From Lama glama (taxonomy: Eukaryota): a DNA stretch of 64,000 bases. The translations under genes and the position numbers were made by a program. The stretch lies in contig CM052817.1 of assembly GCA_028534125.1 (NCBI GenBank), positions 55,430,001 through 55,494,000 on the forward strand, written 5' to 3'. The notes beneath the pieces are model-generated. The model was not told the DNA's origin and did not search any database. It saw nothing but the letters and a program-made list of their open reading frames with translations. This document shows positions 52,346-64,000 of this stretch, piece after piece. Numbering within the stretch: position 1 is the first letter of the stretch; the number at the start of each line of letters is the position of its first letter.

Positions 52346-55300
52346 ATGAACCTTGTCTTCTTTGGAATCAGATATATCAAGATTTATTAAGTTTAATATG
52401 TCCTGATCTACTTATTCAAATTAAAAAAATCAGAAATATTTCCAGTACTATTTCCTCTACAGATCTTGGGAATCTACTTACAAAAATGAGTTTTATCACA
52501 GCCAACTTTGTCATAGGCAAGCAATCTTAGAAATAGGAGACAAATAATGAACTCAAATATCTCTAGAATTGTAACTGTCTCTAAAATATTGTCAATAACA
52601 GAGTTATTCCAAATTCAAATTGAAAATAAATTTTAACTGCTTATATTTTCATAATTACAAACATAATTAAATTGTTCAACTTTCTGCTGTTTATCATAAA
52701 TTAAGAATCATTGGTTTGCCTATTACGTATTTTCCACTTTTGATATTGGTCTTACACAAAAGTATGGAAAGAAGGGAAATCTATTTTCTCAAAATTATAA
52801 TTTTTGTTTTTTATTAAGGATCTTTGTCTCTCTCTGTCTCTCTTTTGTCTCTATCTCTCCATTTCTGTCTCTGTTCCTTCCCTTTAGTTTGGGAAATGTT
52901 TTATTTAACTCCAAATTTTAAGCTATTTCTTAGTAATTTAGAAAGAACTCAGTCAAATACATTTTTCTTGTGAGTTACAGCAGATAAATATCATAATAGG
53001 GTTTCTACCTAGACTTTTGAAAAGTTTTGTTTTTTGTTTTTTCCCATTTGATTGGAAACAACAATACAGGGAGAAAAATGTAACAATTGATTTCTCAGGG
53101 CAGTATCACTCAGAGACCATAATTGAAAGCACTGACCTCACCAGAAAGAGCCCATTACCTGTTTCTATTACTGAAGTTTACTGAAGTCTTGCCTGTTGAG
53201 AGGTAGGTGAACTTATAGAGGAACACAGAATTTGTGTTGACCATCCAAGGAAGAATGCCACTGGATTAAATTATGAGAAGTAAACGACAGTCCATATTAT
53301 TATGTCTTCCTATTCTCAGTTTGCATTTAATGGGCTGAAAATGGCAACATCAGCATCCACTCTGCTAGTATCCAGGCTGGTACTGACTGTAGTGACACAG
53401 AAAGGCAAGTTCTATCTCAGTTGTCATTTAGTCTCTAATATAAATTTGTTTAAGTTTTTAATTACCGTGTTAGTAAAAAATTATCTTAACCTTTAAAGGC
53501 CTGAGTGGAAAGCCTATGCTTATAAAACTGCATGAATTTTGAAGTGTTAAGTTTGTACAAATTTTAAAGTATCATAATAATAGATACATTCACCTATTGT
53601 TATTTTAATTATGTAAAACATTGGATTTAGTTTAGAGACCTATCTTCTAAAGTAATTAAAGCAATGTTCTTTTAAACCATTTATAGCAACAAGGACATAA
53701 ATACTGTTATATTTAAATTCAACAGAATAGTCCTCAGGACCACATTAAGGTGTAAGGCAAAAAAGACTTCACATGTATCTCAAGCAATTCTCAAGTTAAA
53801 GTGAAAATTAATACTCCTTGAAGAGTTTATTTTATTTCCTGATTTTTTCACATGTTTTCTTACATAATTTCTAACCTCTGTGTTTTAATTACTCCCCTTT
53901 TCTAGGAGTATATATTATGAGCACAGGGAAAAAAGCAGATTAAATAAAAAGATAAACATAAGCCAATCATTTTGTTCCTACCTGTCATTATAGAACTAGT
54001 CAAATTTTCTCCACAAGTTTTGTTTCATTTGTATTTTTCTTTTTCAATCTTTCAGTTTAAAAACAAAAAGCAGTTGTAATAGCATTGAATATATGATTTT
54101 TTTTAAAGAATCAGTGAGAGAAACATCTATTTGGTATTTTTATGACATATATTGAAGTTGAAATAACAAAATAGGAAGAACTAAAGTATTTTTAAAAGCT
54201 GAAATATATAAATGAAGTTTTTAACTTCATGGTATCTTATATGCAGTATTAGATGTTTACCTTTAATTCAGCTTGTCATCATCCTAATTACATTAGGCTA
54301 TGATTAATGAAATTGTATATTTATATAAAGTATATATATTTATATATATACACATCTATATAACATGGTTCCAAGACAACCATTATATGACTAGGACAAA
54401 GTAGACCCGAACAACTATTTTTTTAAATGTCCCCAAAGCTCAGCACAGTTCCTGCCATATTAGACACTCAACATGTATTGACTATTGAATTATAGTAATT
54501 TTCAGATAAACTAAAAATTAATATATCTTGTTATGACAGAATTTAGTAAAAGCTGCTTCTTTTCCAACATCTTATAATTCAAAACTAGTAGGGAAACAAT
54601 AAAGAAGTTGCTAGGAGCTCAGACTTCACTTAATTTTGTGGATTGGTTCCTTTGCCTAGTGATCTTAATAGGTTTAATTCTCTCAGCTTGGCTTTCATCA
54701 CAGTAATAACTTTGTAGAATGTTTATAAATGTTATTGGGAAAATTTATGTAAATTATTTATAACGGATAGTATGTATTAGGTATTCAATAAATACTAGCT
54801 ACTACTGTAATGTATTTCTTGCATTATTCACTCTTTCTGTTCATGAAAATAATCTCATTCTTTGCTATGAAAATATTTTGTCTTATGTAACTCAGAAGTT
54901 TTATTGTTTATTCTCTTTAGGACCAGTATATTTCTTTTAATCTTTATTTTTGGTTAGTTTATATTATCTTTGCCATTGTTAATGTGGGTTTTTATATGTT
55001 CAAGTTGATTAATGTTAAAAGAAAATAGATGGATTTTCATGCATTTATATTGTACCTATCTTCCTTTCTAAACTCACTACATAAGTCTAGTCCTTTTTAA
55101 AGTTGTTTTGAGTTCCCAGTGTTTTTCATCTAGTTATTTTAGCTTCATGTTTCTTGTTTCAATATTAAGACTTTTGAGGACAAGATTAAAAGAATATCTA
55201 TAATGAAGCATCTATTCTTCTCCTTAATGTAGTAATAATGACTTTACTGTTTCAGAATTATATATTTGCTGTTGACTTGAGATGCATTTATTTACATGCT

Positions 55301-55664
55301 ATAGAAGCATTCTATTCCTAATTAATTATTTTTAAAAATCAGGAATATTTACACTTAAGACATGAAATTTTAATACTTTTATGATAGAAAACAATGTTTT
55401 CTATCTCTTACTGTCTTTGTATGCTTCACAACAGAATAGAAAGAACACAGTCAATATTATAGACCAATTTTATGATCAGTGTTAATTAGTGCATATTTGA
55501 TGTAGATACAGAAATTTTATTGATTGTTGAATCCTTAGTTCAAAATCACTAACTTGACTGACATTCTGCTATGATATGATGTACGCTATTGACCATAAAC
55601 TGTCATGGCATTCTGAAATAAAGCCTTTAACTGTGACATTTTTTCTACATTTAAGTAATAAGAA

Positions 55665-56032
55665 TATCTTAGTTTGGGATGCTGTAACAAAGTACTGTAG
55701 ACTGGGTGGCTTAAACAACAAACATTTATTTCTCACAGTTCTCGATGTAGAGAAGTAAAAGATCAAGGTGTTGTTTGAATCTGACATCTTGTGAGAGCCC
55801 ACTTCCTAGTTCTCCAATGGCCAACTTCTTTCTGTATCCTCATATGGTGGTGACAGAGGGCTCTAGTCTTTCCCTTCTCTTGTACAGGCACCAATCCCAT
55901 TATGGGGGCTTCACCCACATGACATCATCTAAACCTAATTACTCCCCTCATACTCTACTTCCAGATACCATTTGGAGGATCAGGGCTTTGATGCAGAAAT
56001 TTGGAGGGGGCACAAACATTTAGTCCATAGCA
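55665..56032 (-). mobile_element. MaLR solo LTR (MLT1A0-like)
   Basis: gctgtaacaaagtactgtagactgggtggcttaaacaacaaacatttatttctcacagttct...catctaaacctaattac...cacaaacatttagtccatagca. Confidence 0.9.
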
Positions 56033-56165
56033 GACCTGCAGATTTCTTTATAAAACCAGAAAACTTCTAATTGCTATCTAAATGTATAGCCACAATCCCT
56101 AGATTGTATCAGAATTACTATGTTGTTAAAAAAAAAAATCCATGTGATGGACTTTATTACAGACC

Positions 56166-56383
56166 CATGATTCTCAAGGGAGGGCATTTTGCTCCAAGTG
56201 ACATTTGGTAATATCTGTATAGTCAGTTTCAATTATTACCTTGGATCTGGGAGTGTGTTACTAACATGCAGTGAGTCTTTGAGGCCAGGGATGCTGGTAA
56301 ACATTTACAATGCACAGGACCGCCCCCTACAACAAAGAATTATCCAATCCAAAATGTCAATTGTGCCTCTTTGAAAAATCTCA
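56166..56383. mobile_element. MER20 hAT-Charlie element
   Basis: gaggccagggatgctggtaaacatttacaatgcacaggaccgccccctacaacaaagaattatccaatccaaaatgtcaat. Confidence 0.88.
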
Positions 56384-56772
56384 ATGTAAAAAAAATTAAT
56401 TATATTTCGAAGTGGCATTTTATTTTGTCTATCTTATTTGAAATTTATATAAAAATTTGATATTGTTTCTGACCAAAAGGCATATTTTTCTTTTCTTTCA
56501 TTTTATGTTTTTGTAAGGATAAGGAAAAACCAAACAAGGATGATTTCTATGAATTTCTCAACCTTGAGATGAGATAAATTAAACTTTTTCAACAACTGTT
56601 ACCGCGTACATAGAGGGCATGATGAGCTTCCGCCACACCTGGCTGCCCAGCCATGGGCTCTGTATAAACAAGGTGTCACACACGTGAGACAGGGATGGCT
56701 ATTGATTTTATCTTCATTTATTTTACTCTATTGCCATTTGCCAGGAAACTTTGTATAGAGTTTCACATAAAA

Positions 56773-57118
56773 CAATAGGACCTCTGTATCCACGGGTTCC
56801 ACACCTACAGATTCAACCAACCACAGATTGAAAATATTTGAAAAAAAATCCAGAAAATTCCTAAAAGCAAAATTTGAATTTGCCATACACCAGCAACTAT
56901 TTACATAGCATTTACATGGTATTTACAACTACTTATATAATATTTATATTGTATTAGGTTATATAGATAATCTAGACATGATTTAAAGTGTATGGGAGGA
57001 TATTCTTAGGTTATACGCAAATACTATGCCATTTTATAGAGGGAATTGAGCATTTGTGGATTTTGGTATCCACAGGGGATCCTGGAACCAATGCCCCGTG
57101 GATCCTAAGGGACCACTA
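56773..57118. mobile_element. MER2/MER2B TcMar-Tigger element
   Basis: ctctgtatccacgggttccaca...gattcaaccaaccacagattgaaaatattt...ggttatacgcaaatactatgccatttta...gtggattttggtatccacagggg...; decayed TIRs. Confidence 0.9.
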
Positions 57119-58010
57119 ACTTCACCTCTGTATTTTGCTCGAGTAGAGTTCATGCTTAAACAGCACTGTGCAGCAAACATTGAATCTTATTTAAAAGGAA
57201 GCCAAAGAAGCATGTGAGGGTTGAGGAGAATTCTTCAAGCTCAATAAGTAGGTTCACAGAGAGCTATTAGGTCACATTTTACAGAGTGCTAAGTGCTCAA
57301 ATGATGGAATCCCAGATTTTACATTGTGCCTCATCAGGGATGCTAACTATGTCTATTTAAATAGACTAATTACACACTCTGGTAGGAAATACATAGAAAA
57401 AAATATAACCTTATAAGTGACCCATATTTAAAGACAATGGCATAAAGTCAATCATACAGATGCTTATAAATTTTTCCTATCAGATTTTTGGCTGTCAAAA
57501 CTAAATCTAAGTATTACTTAGAACTAGGGGCATCCCCTAAAGAAGACAACTAAATTATATTAAATTCAAAAGTTGGGATATGTAACTATTAGGGTTATTT
57601 TTACCCCTTTCAGAAAATAAATTTAAGAGAAGAAAATCCTAGAAATCTTAGCAATTTACTAATATAGTTGCCATGTATCTTGGGTATTCCCAAGAAGAAA
57701 AATTTTAGAGATTTTATTCTATCATCAACTGTTTTTCAGAACACATGGTATGTTTATCTATAATGTATGAACAAGTACACTCTGAATAATTTAAAATTAT
57801 TTTCTCCATATGCTTATTCATTTTTTTAAAATATTATCTCTAAAACTTAACCTTAGAAACTCCAGTGTCTGTAAACTTCAGTATATAAGAAAACTAATAT
57901 CTGATTGTTTAAAGGAGTGAGCCTATATCCTTTTTCAGTGGGGAACAAGGAACTAGACTGGTATAAAAGTCAAGTCAAAAGTATTTTCTCACCCTTTAAT
58001 GTTAACATGT

Positions 58011-58017
58011 TGTGTGT

Positions 58018-58048
<31 letters not shown>
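58011..58048. repeat. Interrupted (TG)n microsatellite
   Basis: tgtgtgtgtgtctgtgtg... Confidence 0.95.
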
Positions 58049-59232
58049 CCTGTTTAGAAGGTGAGATCAGTTCAGAGGCTTTGTCCTTCCATTTATCTTG
58101 AAATTTATTAATGCTTTTCAATAAATTTTAATACATTTCCCCATTAAAAAGCAGTTCCTTTTAATCTAAGTTTATCCTCAGGTATTTTTTGGTGTTGTTT
58201 CCATTTGTACATGATAACTTATTTGATTACAGTCTTGTAGACTGTTGCTTGTATATAGTTATACAGTTGTCTGTTACATAACGATTTGCATTCAACAGTC
58301 TTGCTAATTTCACTTACTAGTGCTAAATAACTTAATTAGTGCTTTACTTGAGGTTTCCTGTAAGGTTAACTTTAAAAACCTCATTGATATTCAACCATTT
58401 TTGCCCTCCAAAATGGCATATTCATATGGTTTACTCTAATATTTAAAAATCATATTATTTGACTTTCTGACACTAGAAAATGTTTTTCTTAATTTTCTCT
58501 TTTCTACATTCTATCTATTTTACCATCCATTCAGGATAAAAAATTTGAACCTTTCTTCCAGCTACAATAATTCTATCTTCTGGTATATATAATATAATGA
58601 TTAACATGTCCATTTGGTTTTTACTTTCAGTATAATAGTTTTTATTCTCAATTTTATGCTTTTTAAATCCTCTTGGTAATTTTTATTTGCTCTTATTTTT
58701 TTTCTTTTTTTCCAGCTTTCTTTTTCTATCATGAAACATAGGATTCATTTTTATTATCTGTGAAAGATAAGGCCAATATTGAAGCATTTATTTGTCTGAT
58801 TTGCTGGCTCTCATTTGTGATGTATTGTTTCTATGTATTATTATTAGCATTAGCATTATTATTTACATTGCATACATGTTACCTAGACTTTTATCTAATG
58901 GTTAAAGTTGAATTTTTCCAGAGGCGAATTGTCTTTTTATCTGCCTGATACTTGAGAGCTCTTCTTGTGTAGAAACATAATAATTTAATTATTTCCAGAA
59001 TGATTTTCAGAATACATAGGTGGCCTTACTTCAACTCCTAACTTACATAGTGATAGACTTCAAATTATTAATTTTCAAGGGAGATTCTTTTCACATATTT
59101 GTACCATTGTTGAGATATACAAGTTTTCTTTTTTATAGAAGGTTTATATCTAGCAGAAGGTGTTGTCCATTTGAGGATGTTTTATATTTTGGGAAAGATT
59201 TCCTACTTGATAACTTGAATGTAAGATATACT

Positions 59233-60312
59233 TTTTTGTTATTGAAGTACATACAGTTAGTTACAATGTGCCAATTTCTTATGTACTGCACAATGTCCTA
59301 GTCATGCATATACATACATATATTCATTTTCATATTCTTTTTCTTTAAAGGTTATTACAAGATACTGAATATAGCTTCCTGTGCTACACAGAACAAATTT
59401 GGGGGTTTTATGTATGTTTATATATAGTGGCTAACATTTGCAAATGTCAAACTCCCAAATTTATCCCTTCCTACTCCCTTTCCCCTGATAACCATGAGAT
59501 TATTTACTATGTCTGCCAGTCTGTTTGTTTTGTAGATGAGTTCATTAGTGTCCTTTTTATTTTTTAATTCCACATATGAGTGATATCATATGGTATTTTT
59601 CTTTCTCTCTCTGGCTTACTTCACTTAGAATGTCAATCTCTAGGTCTATCCATGTTGCTACAAATGGCATTATTTTATTATTTTTTATGGTTGAGTAGTA
59701 TTCCATTGTATAAATATACCAAAACTTCTTTATCCAGTCATCTGTTAATGGATATTTAGGTTGTTTCCATGTCTTGACTATTTTATATAGTGCTGCTATG
59801 TACATTGGGGTGTGTGTATCTTTTCAAGCTAGAGTCCCCTTTGGATGTATGCCCAAGAGTGGGATTGCTGGATCATATGGTAAGTCTATTTTTAGTCTTT
59901 TTAGGAATCTTCATACTGTTTTCTATAATGGCTGCACCAAACTACATTCCCACCAACCATGTAGGAGGGTTCCCTTTTCTCCACACCCTCTCCAGCATTT
60001 ATTGTTTGTGGACTTTTCAATGATGGCCATTCTGACTGGAGTGAGGTGATACCTCATTATAGTTTTGATTTACATTTCTCTGATAATTAGCTATATTGAG
60101 TATTTTTTCATGTGCCTGTTTGATATTTGTATGTCTTCATTGGAGAAGTGCTTGTTTAGGTCTTCTGCCCATTTTTGTATTTTTTTTTTTTGTTATTGTT
60201 GTTGTTATTAAGTTGTATGAGCTGTTTATATATTCTGGAAATTAAACCTTTGTCAGTTGCATCATTTGCAAATATTTTCTCCCATTCTGTATGTTGTCAT
60301 TTTGTTTTGTTT
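59233..60312 (-). mobile_element. 5'-truncated younger LINE-1 (~1.08 kb)
   Basis: Minus ORF 59557-59805 ...[70 protein letters not shown] is the ORF2 C-terminus; TSD agatatactttttt (59224-59237)/agatacacttattt (60313-60326). Confidence 0.93.
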
Positions 60313-62799
60313 AGATACACTTATTTTTATCTCCTTGTTCCAAAACCTCATATAACTCTAAATAGCAGAACACATAGGGCCATCAGGGTTTGGCAGATCT
60401 CAGAGGGAAAAGATGATTTTTGAAGCTCGCTTTCACCCTAGTTTCAATTTTCATTTGTTTTGTCAGTGTCTACTTTCTACCCAACTTTACACTTTTCCCA
60501 AAACATTACTTTTTCCTTTTTTCCCATTGGCTTTAACTCTTTGGTTGTATAAGTCAATGGAGATCGGTTTTACATTATGTGGTAGTAGAAGAAACTCTTT
60601 ATCTCTCCTCTCTTTCCTCCTGTTAACAGCTCCCCAGTTAAGTTTACACAATCCCGTGGAATGGTAGTGTCCTTCAGATTTCTCAATCTTAGTTTCATCT
60701 CTATCTATCCTTAACTTAAGGTAGTTTTTTGAACTGAATATCTAATACTCACTTCAATATTAGCATGGCTGCATTCTGCCTCTGTTGAAATGATCATTAA
60801 CACAGTGCCTGGTTCATGGTGTAAGATGAACTGTAGAAGAGAAAGCCAAGAATTCCATTTAATATATGTTATTTTTGAAATAATTATTAGCTATCAAAGA
60901 GTAATTAAAATGAGCCTTTTAATATACAAGTTTGGTGGTAAAAGTAGAAATTGAAGAAATAAATTTGGAATCTGTCAACAAACAATAGCATTTTAAGTCA
61001 TGGGGTTAGATAAAACATTGCACATGGGGAGTGTGGATGCAGGAGAGCATAAGCAGAAAGACTGGAGTCCAGAGCACTCCCATGTTTACAGTTAGTCACA
61101 GAGGGAGCTTCAAGTGCTCTATCTGTAGAACAGAGAGCAACGGAGCTGATTTTGATTAAAATAGCATGAACCATTTCATGATTGAAAATCAGTGGCCAAA
61201 TAAATGTAATATACTTAAGCTTTAGAGATTTTATGAAACTTAGGAAGATTGAAAACGTGGGCCAAGATGCCTTTAGATGAGTCACATGACTAGTGTAATT
61301 AACCTTACTACATTTATATGTGTCCAAGTTATTAAGAGCAATATTACTAATGATGTCTCACAGTGACAATAAATAGGCCATGATTATTCCGTCAGAAATC
61401 ATATTAAAGTAGGTATCAAAACTGTTGTTTCATGTCATCATGAAAACTTAATTAAGGATGCTTCTCTACTGTCAGTTGATTAGAGCCAAAGATACCAAGG
61501 GACTGAGTTTCAAGCTTCATCTGTAACTCAGTCAGTAGAAAGCCTGAAACTATAGACACGGCTTAACCTTTCTGTGCCTCATTTGATCTATTGATCTAAT
61601 GAATATAAGATGATGTTAATCTCAGAAAGGTGCTGAAAGAACTGTGTAATTCACTACCTCATTAAAAAGTACTGATACAGAAAAAGAACAAAAAAGTAGA
61701 TTAAAACATCTAGACAGTGATATTTAAGTAGAGAATTTTTGGTTTGGATATATATATTTTTTAATTCCAAGTTGAATTGGTACTTTAACAAAAGGCCTTA
61801 TAACTTAACATATTAGCTTTTAACAATGGTCAAATAATGTGAGTAAAGAGGGAAAAGGAAGTCGAGGCTGCTTTAATATTGGCTGTTACTATAAACTGCC
61901 TCATTGTAAGGAAATGTTTATTTATGTGATTTGTGAATAGTGGTTTTACTTTATGGAAATTGATACTGCTATTTCTAGCTTCCTCCACCTGCTGTTTCTT
62001 AAGTCTGACTTAACAGATCTCTGGTATTTCAGCAATATTATTCCAAAGAACTTGTATTTTTAACAAGTCACTGATTGTTCAATGTACTGTGTCTTTTCAC
62101 TCTGACTTAGTCTTTACCAGGTAAATCTTCTTGCTATGCTGCATATGAATTGCTAAGACTTATTCATCCAATGAAACTGAAAATTTAATATTCTTAGCAA
62201 TGAAAGAAGTGAATATTAGGATTTTTTTATCCTTTTTAATCCTTATCTGTATTTTTCCTTGGAGATAATAACACTGGATATGTCACATCAGAAGGTAATT
62301 CTCCCTGAGAGATGAAAATCCTTATCCTTACCATGACATAGTCAGAGCAATAAAGTTCTTTTTTTTAATTTATTTTGTTTTGCATTCTGGTTTTGTAGTT
62401 GGCCCATATTCCATGGGCCAAAGAAAAAGTAAAATCATATTACAGACTAGTAAAATTAAGTCATTGATGGAAATTGTACATGATATAAAGTGAAATCATA
62501 CCAGTTTGGGCACATTTGATTAGCTAGTACAGAAAATGGTGAAGCTGTTAACAGTATTTTAAAAAGCAAAAGAATAGTCCTATTTATTTTTTTCTTTAAT
62601 TTTGTATCTAATTTTTCTAATTTTCATATTCTGGTGTACATGTACATTTTATCAGAGGAATATTATGAGCTGATCCATATTCTTTCTATTTACATTCTTT
62701 TAAGACTGATATTTTGTAGACTTTATGCACTATAGTTTCGTTATTCCTTTTGTTCTGGTTGTTTACACTATTCCCGTTTTTTAATATTTCACAATTAAC

Positions 62800-63445
62800 A
62801 AGCATCTGCATTTTATACCATACTTTGTTTATCCATTTATTTGGTGGACTCTTTAGTTGGTTCCCCTTTTTGGCTATTGTGAATGAAGCTATAATAAACA
62901 TACAAGAATATCTGTTTGAATCTACTGTTACGGGCTGAATTGTGCTTCCTCAAAATCCATGTTGAAGTCCTAAAACCCAGTACCTTAGAATGTGACTGTA
63001 TTTGGAGATAGGGTCTTTAAAGAGGTAAGTAGGTTCATAAGGTCATTAGGGTGGGGACCTGATCCATTATGATCAGTGTTCCTGTAAAAAGAGGAAATGA
63101 GGACACAGATCCAGTGGTAGAGGGAAGACCATATGTAGATGGAGGGAGAACATGGGATCCACAAGTCAAAGAGTTGGCCTCAGAAGAAATCAACACAGCT
63201 AACACGTTGATCTCGACCTCTAGCTTCCAGAACTGAGAAAAAATAGACTTCTGTTGTTTAAGCTACACCATCTATGGTATCTTGTTATGACAGCCTGAGC
63301 AAACTAACACGCTCACTTTCACATTCTTTGAGCATATGCCTAGGAGTGGAATTTCTGGGTCGTATGTTTATTTATTTTTATTTTACTATATTTTCATTTA
63401 TTCTAGATCATATGTTAATTCTGTGTTTAGATTTTTGAGGAATGA
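62800..63445 (-). mobile_element. LINE-1 (L1MB-like) fragment split by an MLT1 LTR and a poly(T) insertion
   Basis: tttgtttatccatttat...ggctattgtgaatgaagct...tatctgtttgaatc, resuming after the LTR as ctttcacattctttgagcatatgcctaggagtggaatt...tttttgaggaa. Confidence 0.8.
62926..63311 (+). mobile_element. MaLR solo LTR (MLT1B-like)
   Basis: tgttacgggctgaattgtg...ttgaagtcctaaaacccagtaccttagaatgtgactgtatttggagatagggtcttt...ttctgttgtttaagc...gcaaactaacac. Confidence 0.9.
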
Positions 63446-63739
63446 TTCATTCTTTTTGTAAACATTTGAGCACTTAACCTATGCCAAGATTTGGAGCTAT
63501 ATATTAAGAAAGCAAGGCAAATATAACATATTTCCTTTTATTTCAGAGAGCTCACTGTCTAAAAGATAAAAGAATTATAAAATTAGAAGCCAGATGCAAT
63601 GATAGAGGTATTTGAAAGACATTGAAGTTTAATTCACCATATACTTGACAACACTGACTGATTTTACTTCTTTATCTCCTAAATTAACAGATAAAAATGG
63701 CACTGGGTCCTCTTAGTAAATCTTTGTACAGAACATTGT

Positions 63740-64000
63740 AAGAAATGGTCACAACCACCCTGCCCCTTTACCCATATTCCTGTAATCTGAAGGTGCATGT
63801 CTTCCCAGCAAGAAGTAGACTCTGTTTCGTTACCTTATGAATCTGTCTTGGTCATGTGCCTTCTTTGGCCAATGCAACATTAGGCAAAATGATGCAAGCA
63901 GTCTTGGCAACTGTTTGCACATTGAGGCTCATTCTTTCAGTGAGCTTGAATCTGTAAGGTCACTGTATGAAGGAACCAAGTTAATCTGGTGGAGGATGAG
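63740..64000 (+). mobile_element. MaLR LTR (MLT1G/H-like), runs off the window end
   Basis: cttcccagcaagaagtagactct...ggtcatgtgccttctttggccaatg...gcaaaatgatgcaagcag...ttgcacattg. Confidence 0.7.

Noticed and set aside
56600..56700. atgatga (C-box-like) in a CpG-containing patch as a C/D snoRNA
   Set aside because: No CTGA D box at a suitable distance and no terminal stem. E-box/TATA-like words here are too short to support a promoter.
62399..62421. 9-bp stem hairpin ttggcccat-attcc-atgggccaa
   Set aside because: Short enough to occur by chance in 64 kb; no supporting context.
1..64000. Short ORFs (60-150 aa) in the six-frame track as real genes
   Set aside because: They are low-complexity F/L/I/K-rich translations of AT-rich or repeat DNA, with no recognisable domains or coherent exon chain. 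Only L1 ORF2, ERV-L dUTPase and FTL relics are recognisable.
1..64000. Prokaryotic-type systems (CRISPR, operons, defence islands), tRNA/rRNA/snRNA genes, or a non-retroviral endogenous viral element
   Set aside because: The sequence is clearly mammalian and repeat-rich. I saw no repeat-spacer arrays, structured RNA gene signatures or non-retroviral viral protein motifs, though a profile search would be more sensitive than reading by eye.

Overview
AT-rich, CpG-poor eutherian genomic DNA, intergenic or deep-intronic. No intact protein-coding gene, RNA gene, CpG island or CRISPR array can be supported. The window is a mosaic of decayed interspersed repeats recognised by eye from remembered consensus motifs, so subfamily names are approximate: old and younger LINE-1 fragments, LINE-2, MIR, ERVL/MaLR LTRs (MLT1, MLT2, LTR16, MER74-like), an ERV-L internal remnant with a dUTPase relic, a well-preserved solo LTR, and DNA-transposon fossils (MER2, MER3, MER5, MER20). 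The only host-gene-derived sequence I recognise is a ~290-bp intronless, frameshifted ferritin light chain (FTL) retro-pseudogene fragment (30377-30667). There are two assembly gaps (100 N and 500 N); the first is flanked by a 330-bp near-identical duplicate that is probably an assembly artefact. The style of the young L1 3' ends and the apparent lack of Alu, B1/B2, Can-SINE, Bov-tA/BovB, PRE-1 and ERE SINEs suggest a cetartiodactyl, possibly a camelid (inference). I did not find a convincing novel biological system. The most worthwhile leads are retrotransposition oddities (a TSD-flanked composite of oppositely oriented L1 pieces, an FTL retrocopy truncated at both ends, an orphan poly(A) insertion) and a palindromic RFX/CCAAT element at about 9.3 kb.
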